64,000 nucleotides of DNA from assembly GCA_040081625.1 (NCBI GenBank), contig JBEBGD010000020.1:1-64000 (forward strand), given 5' to 3'. The DNA comes from Chthoniobacteraceae bacterium (GTDB lineage: Bacteria; Verrucomicrobiota; Verrucomicrobiia; Chthoniobacterales; Chthoniobacteraceae). Under the pieces are notes generated by a model. The model did not search any database and had not been told where the DNA came from. It saw only the letters and a program-made list of their open reading frames with translations. Position numbers and translations under genes: made by a program. Below are positions 1-9,617 of this stretch, in pieces. The stretch's first letter is position 1, and each line of letters opens with the position of its first letter.

Positions 1-160
1 CCCCTCCCCCCTTTGGAGATCCCGCGCCCACTTTTGAAAAGGGGGCGGCGGAAATGCGGCCCTGAATCGCCAGCCGGCGGCCCTCCCGACGCGTCGTCCT
101 CCGACCCGTTGCCCCGGCACCAAACACTGAGCCTAAGACGAAGAACCTTGCGCGATCAAC

Positions 161-200
161 GGCGTTCCGGCGTTCCGGCGTTCCGGCGTTCCGGCGTTCC
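161..200. repeat. Perfect octamer tandem repeat (GGCGTTCC)x5
   Basis: Read directly: five exact copies at 161-200 in the non-coding region upstream of the first gene. Confidence 0.95.
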
Positions 201-374
201 GGGAGCGACGGGCGACTTGCGTTCGCGATGTGAAATCGAGTGCATGATCAGCGAGGAGCGAGTGCGGGTGTAGGACTCCGCCCGGCACGGTGCAAACCTA
301 TTTTTTGTGGCTCGCGAGGAGCACCTTCAACCCCGCGCTCGCCATCGCCGCCGCGTCGTGGACAATGCGCCTCC

Positions 375-1625
375 ATGCCCGAACGCCGCGCGCTGCTCGT
401 CCTCCTTTTCCTCGTCCTCGCCCTCGGCACGTGGCTGCGGATGCCGCGCGAACAGGACCGGCGCAAGGGCGTGGATGAAGCCCACTACGAACGCTACATC
501 AACGCACTCGACCAGACCGGCGTGCTCGGCTGGCCCAGCGTTCATGCCGGTTACATCGAGGAGCAGAAACGCCAGCCCCACGCCTTCCTCCCGCCGACTC
601 GCGTGCTCTTCCTCGGCTCCGCAAAGATCGTCCACGCGCTCGGCGTCTCGGCGCTCGAATCCATCCGCGTCGTCTCCTGCGCGGCGGGCATCGCGATGCT
701 GCTCATCGGCACCGCGTTCGCGTGGCGCAATGGCGGACCCGGCGCGGCGCTCGGCGTCGGCGCGCTGCTCGCGTGCGCGCCGCTGCTCATCCACCTCTCG
801 CATCGCGCGCTCATCGACGGGTTCTTCGCGCTCTGGGCCACTGTCGCGCTGTGGGGATTTTGGGAAAGCGTGCGCGCGCCGAACCCTGTAGCCGCGCCGC
901 TCTGCGGCGCGCCCACGGCGCAGAGCGCCGTGGCTACACCTCATCGCGGCTGGCTCGCGCTCTACGGCGTGGGCCTCGCGGCGATGGTGCTCACGAAGGA
1001 GAACGCCGCGTTCGCCTTCATCGCGCTCGTCGCGATCATCGCGCTCAATCGCTGGCTGAAGGTCGGCTCGATCACGCGCGAATTCCTCGTCGTCACCGTC
1101 GTCGCGCCCGCGCTCGGCGCGGCGGTGCTCATCGTCGCCGCCGGCGGCATCGGCCCGCTGCTCGAGGCGTATCGGCTCAACGTCGAGAAATCCGTCATCC
1201 TCCCCTACGCGATCGCCACCGGCGACGGCCCGTGGCACCGCTACCTGCTCGACTTCATCCTCGTCAGCCCCGCAGTGACGCTGCTCGCCGTGGCCGCGAT
1301 CGGCGCGACGCCGTGGACCGATCCCGCCAAGCGCTGCCTCGTCGTCTTCCTCCTCGTCTCCTACGCGGTCATGCAAGTGCGCTACGGCATGAACATGCGC
1401 TACGGCGCGATGTGGGCGCTGCCGATGTGCTGGCTCGCCTTCACGCTGCTCGGCACGCTCGCGGCGCGTTTCGCCGGGCGCTGGCGCACGCCCGCGCTCG
1501 CGCTCGCCGTCGCCATCGTCTGCGCGCTCGAACTGCACAGCTACCGCACGCTTTTCGTCGTCGGCAAAATCTACGACCCCGTCGCCGGCGCGCTCACGCA
1601 GCCGTTGAAAATGTGGAAGCCTTAA
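375..1625 (+). CDS. GT-C fold membrane glycosyltransferase (ArnT/PMT_2-like)
   Basis: Polytopic hydrophobic ORF; 'DEAHY' after TM1, 'PP' loop, 'LIDGFFALW' and 'LTKE' motifs of ArnT/PMT-like enzymes; start moved to ATG 375 (MPERRALL). Confidence 0.75.
   Translation: MPERRALLVLLFLVLALGTWLRMPREQDRRKGVDEAHYERYINALDQTGVLGWPSVHAGYIEEQKRQPHAFLPPTRVLFLGSAKIVHALGVSALESIRVVSCAAGIAMLLIGTAFAWRNGGPGAALGVGALLACAPLLIHLSHRALIDGFFALWATVALWGFWESVRAPNPVAAPLCGAPTAQSAVATPHRGWLALYGVGLAAMVLTKENAAFAFIALVAIIALNRWLKVGSITREFLVVTVVAPALGAAVLIVAAGGIGPLLEAYRLNVEKSVILPYAIATGDGPWHRYLLDFILVSPAVTLLAVAAIGATPWTDPAKRCLVVFLLVSYAVMQVRYGMNMRYGAMWALPMCWLAFTLLGTLAARFAGRWRTPALALAVAIVCALELHSYRTLFVVGKIYDPVAGALTQPLKMWKP
887..938. repeat. 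GTAG-type REP doublet (REPIN-like) inside the CDS
   Basis: TGTAGCC-GCGCCGC-TCT-GCGGCGC followed by an inverted copy whose reverse complement is TGTAGCC-ACGGCGC-TCT-GCGCCGT; each unit has a GTAG head and its own hairpin. Confidence 0.75.
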
Positions 1626-2218
1626 ACCTTCGGCAGCAGCAGCGAATGGCTGTCGTCCACGCGCTCGATCGTCCAGTGCGGCAGCGCGTCCGGGATTCCG
1701 CGATGCCACTCGATCAGCAGCGGCACGCGCTGAAACGCGGGCGCCTTGATCAGCTCATACTCGCCGCCCTCGATGTCGATCTTCACGAGCCCGGGCCGGC
1801 CGAACTTCGCCACGGCATCATCGACCGAAATCGTCATCGCCCGCGGGCCTTCCGGCTCGAGGAAAAAATCCGGGTCGCACGACACGCGCATCGGCGCGCC
1901 GTCGAGCGTGAGCGCGCACGGCACCACCGTCACGCGCGGCAGGTGCCGCGTGTTCCAGCCGAGGTAGTAAAGGCTGTTCAATCCCGGCTCGAAGGCGATC
2001 ACGTCGAACTTCTCCGCGATCCGGTGCGCGATCTTTCCCACGTTGGCGCCCACGTCCCACACCGGCCCCTGCCAGTCGCCGCGCAGGATCGCCTCGGTCA
2101 CCTCCGGCTCCCATCCGCCGGGCTGGATGAAACGCTCCGCATCGCGCGAGTGCGCCCATCGGGACACGCGGCAGCGGCGCATTTCGAGCAGGGCGGCATA
2201 GAGAAGTCGGGCGATCAC
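1622..2218 (-). CDS. FkbM-family SAM-dependent methyltransferase
   Basis: Motifs WDVGANVG, IAFEP and LVKIDIEGGE. Confidence 0.85.
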   Translation of the reverse strand: MIARLLYAALLEMRRCRVSRWAHSRDAERFIQPGGWEPEVTEAILRGDWQGPVWDVGANVGKIAHRIAEKFDVIAFEPGLNSLYYLGWNTRHLPRVTVVPCALTLDGAPMRVSCDPDFFLEPEGPRAMTISVDDAVAKFGRPGLVKIDIEGGEYELIKAPAFQRVPLLIEWHRGIPDALPHWTIERVDDSHSLLLPKV

Positions 2219-2265
2219 CGCCGCATCGTCACGTCCGCACCCGCGAGCGGCAAGCCTTTCCGCCG

Positions 2266-3684
2266 ATGAGCGACGCGGCGAAACGTCAGCTCCGCGAACT
2301 CGCCTCCAATCAAGGCTGGGAGATGCTCGGCGCGGCGGCGAAGGCGCTCTTCGTGTTCGTCGTCACGCCGGTGCTGCTGCGCCGCCTCGGCGAAGACGGC
2401 TTCGGTTTCCTCGCGCTCGCGCTCTCCGCCCTCACCGCGCTCGTCGCGCTCGACTTCGGTCTGCGGATGCGGCTGCGCATCGCGCTGAGCGCCGCGACTT
2501 CGCAGCCGCGCGCGCTCGCGCGCTCGATCGGCCACTACCTCGCGCTCGTCGCGCTCTCGGTCGCGATCGCCGCGGTCGCGGCGCACTTCGGCTGGTGGCA
2601 GCGCGCGACCGGGAGCAGCAACGGCCTGCTCTTCGCCGCCGTGCTCGGCGGAGGCGCCTACGGTTTGTCGCTGCTGCTCCTCGAGCCGCTCGCCGCACGC
2701 GGGCGGCTCTCGATGGCGAAGGCCGCCGCCTTCGCCGGCAGCGCGCTCACGATCCCGGTGCTGCTCGCGCTCGCCGCGAGCGGCGCGTCGGTGGGCGTTT
2801 GCTTCGTCGGCCAGGCCGCGGCGCTCACGATTCCGAATCTCTGCGTCGCGCTCTTCGTGCGCACGCCGGAGGTCGCGGAGCTGCCTCGCGCCCTCGCCTC
2901 GATCAGCCCGGCGGGATTCGTTCGCAGCCTGCGCGATGGGCGGTGGTTCGCGCTCACCGCCGCGGAATGGCTGGCAAAAAGTTACCTGCTCACCTTCCTC
3001 GCGGGCCTGCTCCTCGGCCCCGCCGCAGCCGGCACCTACTTCATCCTCCTCAAGCTCAGCGAACTCGTCAGCGCCTTCGGCGCGAGTGCGAGCGACACCT
3101 CGACCGCCGACCTCGCCGCGCTGCCGGATGCCGGGTCGCGCGCCGGGAACTTCCGCGCGTCGTTCAGCTACTCCTCGGGCATGTGTCTCATCGCCTTCGC
3201 CGGCCTCGCGTGCCTCGGCCCGCTCGTGCTCGGGCAATGGCTCCGCCTTCCGCTGAACGACCCGGCGCTCGCCGTCCTCGCCGGCGCGTTCGGTCTCGCC
3301 GCCGCCTTTCACCGGGTGCTGCTGACCGCGTGCATGGGCGTGGCGCTCACGCACGTCGTCGCACTGTGGGGCCTCGCGGAGATCGCCATCGTGCTCGGCG
3401 GCTCGGCGCTGCTCGTGCCGCGGTTCGGTCTCGGCGGCATCCTCGCCGCCGGCACGCTCGGCAGCCTCGCGCTCCTGCCGGTCGCGCGGCACGTCTCGCG
3501 CGAACTCGGGCAAGGCTCATGGCAGGTCTGGGTGCGGCCGGTCGCGGCGCTCGTGCCCGCATTCGCCATCGCCACGGCCGGCGCGTGGCACGCGCCGATC
3601 ACCGGTTTTCTCGTCGCCGCATCGGTCGGCGTTTACCGGCTCCGGCAGCTTCAGATCAAAGGCGCGCCCGCGATCAATTCCTGA
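2266..3684 (+). CDS. Wzx-like oligosaccharide flippase (MOP superfamily)
   Basis: Many TM segments; N-terminal 'TPVLLRRLGEDGFG...LDFGL' and 'LLLGPAAAGTY' patterns; glycan-cluster context. Confidence 0.75.
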   Translation: MSDAAKRQLRELASNQGWEMLGAAAKALFVFVVTPVLLRRLGEDGFGFLALALSALTALVALDFGLRMRLRIALSAATSQPRALARSIGHYLALVALSVAIAAVAAHFGWWQRATGSSNGLLFAAVLGGGAYGLSLLLLEPLAARGRLSMAKAAAFAGSALTIPVLLALAASGASVGVCFVGQAAALTIPNLCVALFVRTPEVAELPRALASISPAGFVRSLRDGRWFALTAAEWLAKSYLLTFLAGLLLGPAAAGTYFILLKLSELVSAFGASASDTSTADLAALPDAGSRAGNFRASFSYSSGMCLIAFAGLACLGPLVLGQWLRLPLNDPALAVLAGAFGLAAAFHRVLLTACMGVALTHVVALWGLAEIAIVLGGSALLVPRFGLGGILAAGTLGSLALLPVARHVSRELGQGSWQVWVRPVAALVPAFAIATAGAWHAPITGFLVAASVGVYRLRQLQIKGAPAINS

Positions 3685-4802
3685 TCCTCCGCCGACGCGC
3701 AGCCGCCGAGCTGGCGGTAGTGCGCGCGGAAAAGGCGCGCGGTTTTCTCCCACGTAAACTGCTTCACCCGCTGCTCGCCGAGCGCGCGCAACCGCGCCCG
3801 CTCCGCATCGTCCTCCCACAGCCGCCGGATCGCCGCCGCGATCGCCTGCACGTCGTTCGGATCGAAAAGCAGCGCCGCGCCACCAGCCTGCGCGGGCAGC
3901 GAAGTGACCGTCGAGCACGCGACGGGCGCGCCCATTTCAAACGCCTCCCACATCGGGAAGCTCGCCGACTCGAACGTCGTCGGGATGCACACGAGCCGGC
4001 ACATCGCGTAGAGCGCGCGCAGTTCCGCCGGGCTGACGAAGCCGAGGAACTGCACGTTCGCCTCGACGCCTGCCGCGCGCGCCGCCGCCTCGATCTTCGG
4101 CTGATGCTCGCGGCTGAGCGCGCCGGTGCAGACGAGGTTCACCGGACAGTCGCGCCGCAACTGCCCGAGCGCCTCGATCAGCCGGATGTGATTTTTGTGC
4201 GGCCACGTCTGCGCGGGGTAGAAGATGAAGTCGGCGGGAAGGCGATGCTTCGCGCGCAGCGCGGCTTCGTCCGCCCGCGCGTAGGACTGGATGACCGGCG
4301 CGAGATTCATGATCCGCACCTTCGCGGCGCTGAGGCCGAGCTGGCGGACGAAGTCCCGCGCGGTCCACTCCGTGCCCGCCGAAACGATCGACGCGCGATG
4401 GCAAAACAGGCGGTAGAGCAGGCTGCGCCCGATGCGGTCCGCGAACGAAAAGTTCCGCGGCAGGTGGAGGTGCTGCAGGTCGTGCGGGTGGTAGATGCTC
4501 GGCACGCGCGTGAGAAACGCGAACTGCCACGAGAAGTGCATCACATCGATCCCAGCGGCCTCGATCGTGCCGTCGCTGAACACGCGCCGACCCGCACCGC
4601 GCCGCGTGAAGAGCAGCTCCGCACCGGGCCAGAGCCGGCCCTCGAGCCAGTCGGCCTGGCCGTCGTTGACGAGCAGATGGTAGCGCTCGCCACCCGGCTC
4701 GAGCCGCGCGAGGCCATCGATCAAGCCGAGCACGAACTGCTCGATGCCGCCCATCTTGCCGGACGGAAACCGCGCATCGATCGCAACCCGCAGCGGCTTC
4801 AC
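3651..4802 (-). CDS. Glycosyltransferase family 4 (GT-B, MtfB/WbpY-like)
   Basis: 'RVAIDAR', 'HDLQH', 'PHKNH' and ESASFPMWEA (EX7E); GTG start at 4802 overlaps the upstream TGA (GTGA). Confidence 0.85.
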   Translation of the reverse strand: MKPLRVAIDARFPSGKMGGIEQFVLGLIDGLARLEPGGERYHLLVNDGQADWLEGRLWPGAELLFTRRGAGRRVFSDGTIEAAGIDVMHFSWQFAFLTRVPSIYHPHDLQHLHLPRNFSFADRIGRSLLYRLFCHRASIVSAGTEWTARDFVRQLGLSAAKVRIMNLAPVIQSYARADEAALRAKHRLPADFIFYPAQTWPHKNHIRLIEALGQLRRDCPVNLVCTGALSREHQPKIEAAARAAGVEANVQFLGFVSPAELRALYAMCRLVCIPTTFESASFPMWEAFEMGAPVACSTVTSLPAQAGGAALLFDPNDVQAIAAAIRRLWEDDAERARLRALGEQRVKQFTWEKTARLFRAHYRQLGGCASAEDQELIAGAPLI

Positions 4803-5920
4803 CGCGCGCGCGCCAGCTCCACGATCGCACGCGCGACGCGGCGCACGTCGTCGTCGGTCATCGTCGTGTAAGTCGGAAGATTGATGCCGGTCGCGCCGAG
4901 CTTCTCCGTCCACGGGAGGTGCTCGCCGCGCTGACGCGAACCTTCGCGAAACGGCGGGAGCGTGTGCAGCGGGATGAAGAATGGCCGCGTGTCGATGCCC
5001 TGCCCCGCGAGCCCCGTCAGCAGCGCGTCGCGCGACATGCCAAACTCCGTCGCATCCACCAGCGCGCAGAAAAGCCACGGCGCGCACTCGGCCCAGTCCG
5101 CCTGCTGCTGGAAGCCCAGCCCCGGCACGCCCGCGAGCAGTTCGCGATAGAGCGCGAAGATCTCCCGCCGCCGCGCGATGAGCTGCTCGCGCCGCTCGAA
5201 CTGCGCGCACAGGAACGCGCACGCGACATTCGTAAGCCGGAAGTTGTAGCCGGTGATCGGGAAGAAATAACGTCGCGCGGGGTCCATCCCCTGGCCGCGC
5301 AGCGTCCGCAGGCGCACGGCGAGTTGCTGGTCGTTCACCGTCACCGCGCCGCCTTCGCCGCTCGTGAAAATCTTGTTCGCGTAAAACGAAAACGTGCCGA
5401 TCGCGGCGAGGCTGCCGACCGGACGTCCCTTGTAACGCGCGAGGTGCGCCTCGGCGGCGTCCTCGACCACCCACAGGCCATGCACCGCGGCGAGATGATT
5501 GATCGCATCCATGTCCGCCGGATGACCGTAGAGATGCACGGCGATGATGCCCTTGGTCCGCCGCGTGATGGCGGCCTCGATCAGCGCCGGGTCCATGCAC
5601 CACGTCTTCGGATCGACATCGATGAAGACCGGCTCCGCGCCCATGTAGCGCACGGCGTTCGCGGTCGCGACGTAGGTCAGCGACGGCACGAGGATCTCGT
5701 CGCCGGGCCGCACATCGAGGCCGAGCAGCGCGAGGTGCAGCGCGACGGTTCCATTGCTCACGCTCAGCGCGGTGCGCGTGCCGCAGAGCGCGGCGAATTC
5801 GTGCTCGAAGCGATCGACAAATTTTCCCGTCGATGAAATCCACGTGCTCTGGATCGCCTCCATCACGTAGGCGGCTTCGTTGCCCTGCAGGTCCGGCGTT
5901 GCGAGAGGAGTGGTGGTCAC
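4799..5920 (-). CDS. DegT/DnrJ/EryC1/StrS PLP aminotransferase (perosamine synthase-like)
   Basis: 'SNGTVALHLAL', 'VHLYGHPADM', 'EDAAEA' and 'SFYANKIFTSGEGG' (PLP lysine); GTG 5920 overlaps the upstream stop. Confidence 0.92.
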   Translation of the reverse strand: MTTTPLATPDLQGNEAAYVMEAIQSTWISSTGKFVDRFEHEFAALCGTRTALSVSNGTVALHLALLGLDVRPGDEILVPSLTYVATANAVRYMGAEPVFIDVDPKTWCMDPALIEAAITRRTKGIIAVHLYGHPADMDAINHLAAVHGLWVVEDAAEAHLARYKGRPVGSLAAIGTFSFYANKIFTSGEGGAVTVNDQQLAVRLRTLRGQGMDPARRYFFPITGYNFRLTNVACAFLCAQFERREQLIARRREIFALYRELLAGVPGLGFQQQADWAECAPWLFCALVDATEFGMSRDALLTGLAGQGIDTRPFFIPLHTLPPFREGSRQRGEHLPWTEKLGATGINLPTYTTMTDDDVRRVARAIVELARAR

Positions 5921-6927
5921 GAAGCAGGGCAGGCTAGTTCGCGCGCGAGACATTCAGCAACCAGCTTCTCCCACGCGCGCAGCGGGTCGGTGAAGGCCGC
6001 GTCGCGCGAGGCGGCGAGTTCGTCCGCCATCTCGCCGGCGAATCCGGTGCCGATGACTTCGCGCCCGGCGGCGAGGCTGTTCCAAATCTTCGACGGGAAG
6101 ATCGCGGCGCGGATGTCCGGGTGCGCGGCGACGAGGTGAAGTTCATGCCGGATCAACGCAGCGCGCAGTTCCGCCTCGGACGAAAACGCGGGACCGGTGT
6201 CGATCCACGACGGCAGGCGGCGGAGGCCGGGGCCGTCGCCGCGGACGACGATGCGGCAGCCGCGCGCGCGCAGTTCCTCGCACTTCGCGACGAAGCTCGC
6301 GACATCGTGGCCGTAGCCGAAGTTGCCGGTGTAGAGCGCGGTGCCCGGCTCCGGCGGCGGGACTTCGGCGAACGTCAGCGTCGGCCAGTTGCGAATCACG
6401 GCCGCATTCGCGCCGTGATATCCGAGGTTCGCCGCCGACTTCACCACGCGATCCCACGACGCGAGGTGCCGGTGCCAGTGGCGATCGAGCATGGCACGGA
6501 TCACGGCCGGGTAATTCCACACTCCCCGCAGCAGCTCTGGATAGTAGTCTTGCAGCCAGTAGATGCCGGTCGCGCCCTGCTGATGGATGACGCGGTGCAG
6601 GTGGACGGTCGTCGGCGGGGCGCTGCTGATGATGACCACGTCGCCCTCGCGCACTTCGCGCCGCACGTAGTCGGTGAAGGCGGAGTTGACCGACCAGTAT
6701 TCGCCGAGCGTGCTAAGGTGCGAGCCGCGCCGACCGCGCTGCGCACGCAGCCGCACGATCGGCGTGGCCGGCTCGGGGCGCGTCGTCTTGCGATAGCTCC
6801 CGCCGCCGCCGACGAGCGCGACGTCGCAGCCCTCGAGCGCGAGCCGGTCGGCGAGCATCTCGGCGTAGATGCCGGTCGGCGCGCCATCGGGCCAGAGATA
6901 CTGATTGAGGACGTGGACTTTCGCCAC
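5917..6927 (-). CDS. Glycosyltransferase family 4 (WcaI-like)
   Basis: 'NQYLWPDGAPTG', 'YWLQDYYPE', 'YTGNFGYGH' and 'FPSKIWNSLAAG'. Confidence 0.8.
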   Translation of the reverse strand: MAKVHVLNQYLWPDGAPTGIYAEMLADRLALEGCDVALVGGGGSYRKTTRPEPATPIVRLRAQRGRRGSHLSTLGEYWSVNSAFTDYVRREVREGDVVIISSAPPTTVHLHRVIHQQGATGIYWLQDYYPELLRGVWNYPAVIRAMLDRHWHRHLASWDRVVKSAANLGYHGANAAVIRNWPTLTFAEVPPPEPGTALYTGNFGYGHDVASFVAKCEELRARGCRIVVRGDGPGLRRLPSWIDTGPAFSSEAELRAALIRHELHLVAAHPDIRAAIFPSKIWNSLAAGREVIGTGFAGEMADELAASRDAAFTDPLRAWEKLVAECLARELACPAS

Positions 6928-6929
6928 GG

Positions 6930-7889
6930 TCAGGAGACGGCGCGGTGGTCGGGTTGCGTGGTCGCGCGCAAGCCGCCGTGCTTGCGGAGCTGGACCTGAT
7001 ACGCCTCGCGATGATGCCGCAGGCTCGACTGGAGCAGCACGCCGACGAGCAGTAGGATCACAGCGATGTTCACGAGCGCGGCGGCGAGGATGGCGAGCGG
7101 GAAGTGGCTGATCAATCCCGTCTGCATGAACTCGACGACCGGCACGGAGCCCGCGAGCAGGCCGAGCAGCAGAGTCACGACCGCGACGGCGCCGAAGCAG
7201 GTGAGCGGCTTGAAGTCGCGGAACAGCAGCAGCAGAAAGCGCATGATGAGCCAGCCGTCGCGGAAGGTGCGCAGCTTCGAGACCGAGCCCTCGGCGCGCG
7301 CGCGGAACGGCGTGAGCACGTCGCGCGTGCTGAAGCCCTTGTCGATGGCCTGGAGCGTGAGCTCGATCTCCAGCTCGAAGCCGCCGGAGAGCACCGGCAC
7401 GTTGCGATAGAACCGGCTCGAGAAGAGCCGCAGACCGGAAAATAAATCCGCGAAGCGATGCCCGAAAACCGTCTTGAGGATCGTCGCGAAGACCGACATG
7501 CCGAACTGGTGCATCGGCCGGAAGACCTCGCTCTTTTCCGCCGCGCAGCGGATGCCGGTGATCATGTCGGCGGGCGCGCGCAGGTATTCGTCGTGGAGAA
7601 TCCGCGCGCCTTTCGCCGGGTAGCTGCCGTCGCCGTCGGTCATGATGACGAGATCGGAATCGACCTCGCTCAGCGCGGTCTGGATGGCGCGGGCTTTTCC
7701 GCGGCGCGGCTCGTAGAGGACCTCGGCGCCGGCTGCGCGCGCGATCTCCGCGGTGCGATCGGTCGAGCCGTTATCGACGACGAGGATTCGCGCGCGGGGA
7801 AACTCCGCGCGGTGCTCGGCGACGACGGCGCCGATGCCGAGCTCCTCATTAAGGCATGGGATCAGGATCGTGAGGCTTGGGTTTTGCAT
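6930..7889 (-). CDS. Glycosyltransferase family 2, polyprenol-phosphate sugar synthase (DPM1/ArnC-like)
   Basis: 'IPCLNEE', 'VVDNGSTDRT', DGD motif, 'GFELEIEL' and two C-terminal TM helices; start ATG 7889. Confidence 0.88.
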   Translation of the reverse strand: MQNPSLTILIPCLNEELGIGAVVAEHRAEFPRARILVVDNGSTDRTAEIARAAGAEVLYEPRRGKARAIQTALSEVDSDLVIMTDGDGSYPAKGARILHDEYLRAPADMITGIRCAAEKSEVFRPMHQFGMSVFATILKTVFGHRFADLFSGLRLFSSRFYRNVPVLSGGFELEIELTLQAIDKGFSTRDVLTPFRARAEGSVSKLRTFRDGWLIMRFLLLLFRDFKPLTCFGAVAVVTLLLGLLAGSVPVVEFMQTGLISHFPLAILAAALVNIAVILLLVGVLLQSSLRHHREAYQVQLRKHGGLRATTQPDHRAVS

Positions 7890-9579
7890 GGGTTTGGCGA
7901 GGGATGAGTCCGAAACGGGAGAGCTGTTCCGGCGTGAGGTCGGCGACGGAGCCTTCGGTGCGCAGCCATTGCAGCACCTCGATCGGCAGCCGCAGGCGCA
8001 CGACGCGCAGCGGGCGCTCGTGGAGGAAGGGATCGTTGCGAACGAAGTCGCTGCCATACCAGACGGCGCCCGGCGTGATGAGCAGCGCCGCGGCTTCCGC
8101 CTGCCGGAGCGCGGCGTCCGCGTCCGCAAATGGGCGGATGATCGACTCCGCCTGTAACGCGCGGAGCGGGCAGAGCACGAGCAGCGAAAGGAGCGCCGAC
8201 GCGCCGGCGAAGATGTGCGCGCGGCGTTCGCCCCACGCCTGCCGCAGCGGCTCCATGCCGGCGACGGCGAGCAGCATGAAGCTGCCGAGCACCGAGTGGC
8301 AGTAGCGGTAGCCCCAGCCGTGTCCTTGCGTGCTGTCGAAGCCGATGTGGAAGGCGAAGGTGAGCGCGCAACCCCAGGCGAGGTCGCGCACGAGAGGCGG
8401 CAGCGTCTTCCACCGCCGCAGCGCGAGCAGCACGAGCACGCCCGCCGCGAGGCTCTGCCACGAGAAGAGCACCACGAGACTCATCGGCTGATTAAGCAGT
8501 TGGATCAGCTTCGGCAGCTTCATCATGCCGGTGCTGTCGGCCATCGCGTCGGGCCGCACCCAGCGCCACCACGCGAGCCACAGCGCCAGCGCGGCGATGT
8601 ATGCGAGCGCGTAATACGCCGCCCATCCCCAGCGCCGCTGCCACAGCAGCCGCACTCCGAATGGGAGCGCGAAAAGCAAATGAACATTCGGCTGGTGAAG
8701 GCCGACCGCGGCGAGGCCGATGAGCGGCGCGAGCAGCATCCCGATGCGATCCTGCCGCGTGTAGAGCCAGAGCCACGCGAGGTTCAGCGCGAGGTGCGCC
8801 TGCATCGCGTAGGCGCTCATGCCGGTGATGAGAAACTGCGGCGACGACACGAGAAATGCCGCCGCGAGCCACGGCGCGGCCGACGATTGCGGCCACAGCC
8901 TGCGCGCGACGGCGGCGATGCCGAGCACGCTGAGCGCGGAGAGCACGGGGTTGAGCATCCACGAGTCGCCGGCGAGCCGGAAGACCGCGCGCATCGCCGC
9001 ATAGACCGGCAGATACGGCCCCATCCACGTTTGGTTCTCGCGGTCGTGGACGATGAATCCGGGCTTGAGCCAGCCGACGATCGGCTGCCATTTCGTCGGG
9101 ATGGGCGCGGCGATTTTTCCCTCGCTGAAAATCTCCGCCTGAAACTCCGCGCAGTATTCATCGAGCGACAACGCGTAGCGGTGATAGACCGCCGAGGTGC
9201 CGATGGAGGTGACCACGAGCGTGAGCCCGACGAGCAGGGCGATCGCGTGACGCCGAGCCCACGACGTGACCCGCCACTCGCGCCGCTGCGCCCACCAGAG
9301 GAAGGCCAGGCCGAGGAGCTGCAGCGCGCAACCGGCGGGTTCGTGCAGGGTGAAGAGCACGTAGAAGGCGTTCTCCGGGATCGGCGTCTCGCGGCTCGCG
9401 AGCGAGGTCGGCCACAGCCCGATCGCCAGCGCAATCCCGACCAGCATCAGCACGCTGTAAGCAATCAGCGCCCATCGGACCATGCGCTGCGCCGGCGTCG
9501 CGGCGCGGCGCGGCGGCTCGATGACGTCGGGACGCAAGTCGAGCGCCGAGCCTGGAAAAGCTTCGGTTTGGTGATGCAT
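7849..9579 (-). CDS. Polytopic membrane protein, probable GT-C fold glycosyltransferase
   Basis: Many TM segments; 'LDEYCAEFQAEIF' acidic motif in first loop and 'GYRY' late motif; directly upstream of GT2; start uncertain. Confidence 0.65.
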   Translation of the reverse strand: MHHQTEAFPGSALDLRPDVIEPPRRAATPAQRMVRWALIAYSVLMLVGIALAIGLWPTSLASRETPIPENAFYVLFTLHEPAGCALQLLGLAFLWWAQRREWRVTSWARRHAIALLVGLTLVVTSIGTSAVYHRYALSLDEYCAEFQAEIFSEGKIAAPIPTKWQPIVGWLKPGFIVHDRENQTWMGPYLPVYAAMRAVFRLAGDSWMLNPVLSALSVLGIAAVARRLWPQSSAAPWLAAAFLVSSPQFLITGMSAYAMQAHLALNLAWLWLYTRQDRIGMLLAPLIGLAAVGLHQPNVHLLFALPFGVRLLWQRRWGWAAYYALAYIAALALWLAWWRWVRPDAMADSTGMMKLPKLIQLLNQPMSLVVLFSWQSLAAGVLVLLALRRWKTLPPLVRDLAWGCALTFAFHIGFDSTQGHGWGYRYCHSVLGSFMLLAVAGMEPLRQAWGERRAHIFAGASALLSLLVLCPLRALQAESIIRPFADADAALRQAEAAALLITPGAVWYGSDFVRNDPFLHERPLRVVRLRLPIEVLQWLRTEGSVADLTPEQLSRFGLIPRQTHAKPKPHDPDPMP

Positions 9580-9617
9580 GGGCAGGACCGGATAAGCACG
9601 GCCTCTGCCAGCCAGCC

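Noticed and set aside
1..45. CCCCCTTT...AAAGGGGG inverted repeat
   Set aside because: Short, low-complexity and cut by the window edge; cannot be assigned.
3651..5843. 730-aa fusion ORF in the track
   Set aside because: The N-terminal half is an alternative frame of the DegT gene; the real GT4 begins at GTG 4802.
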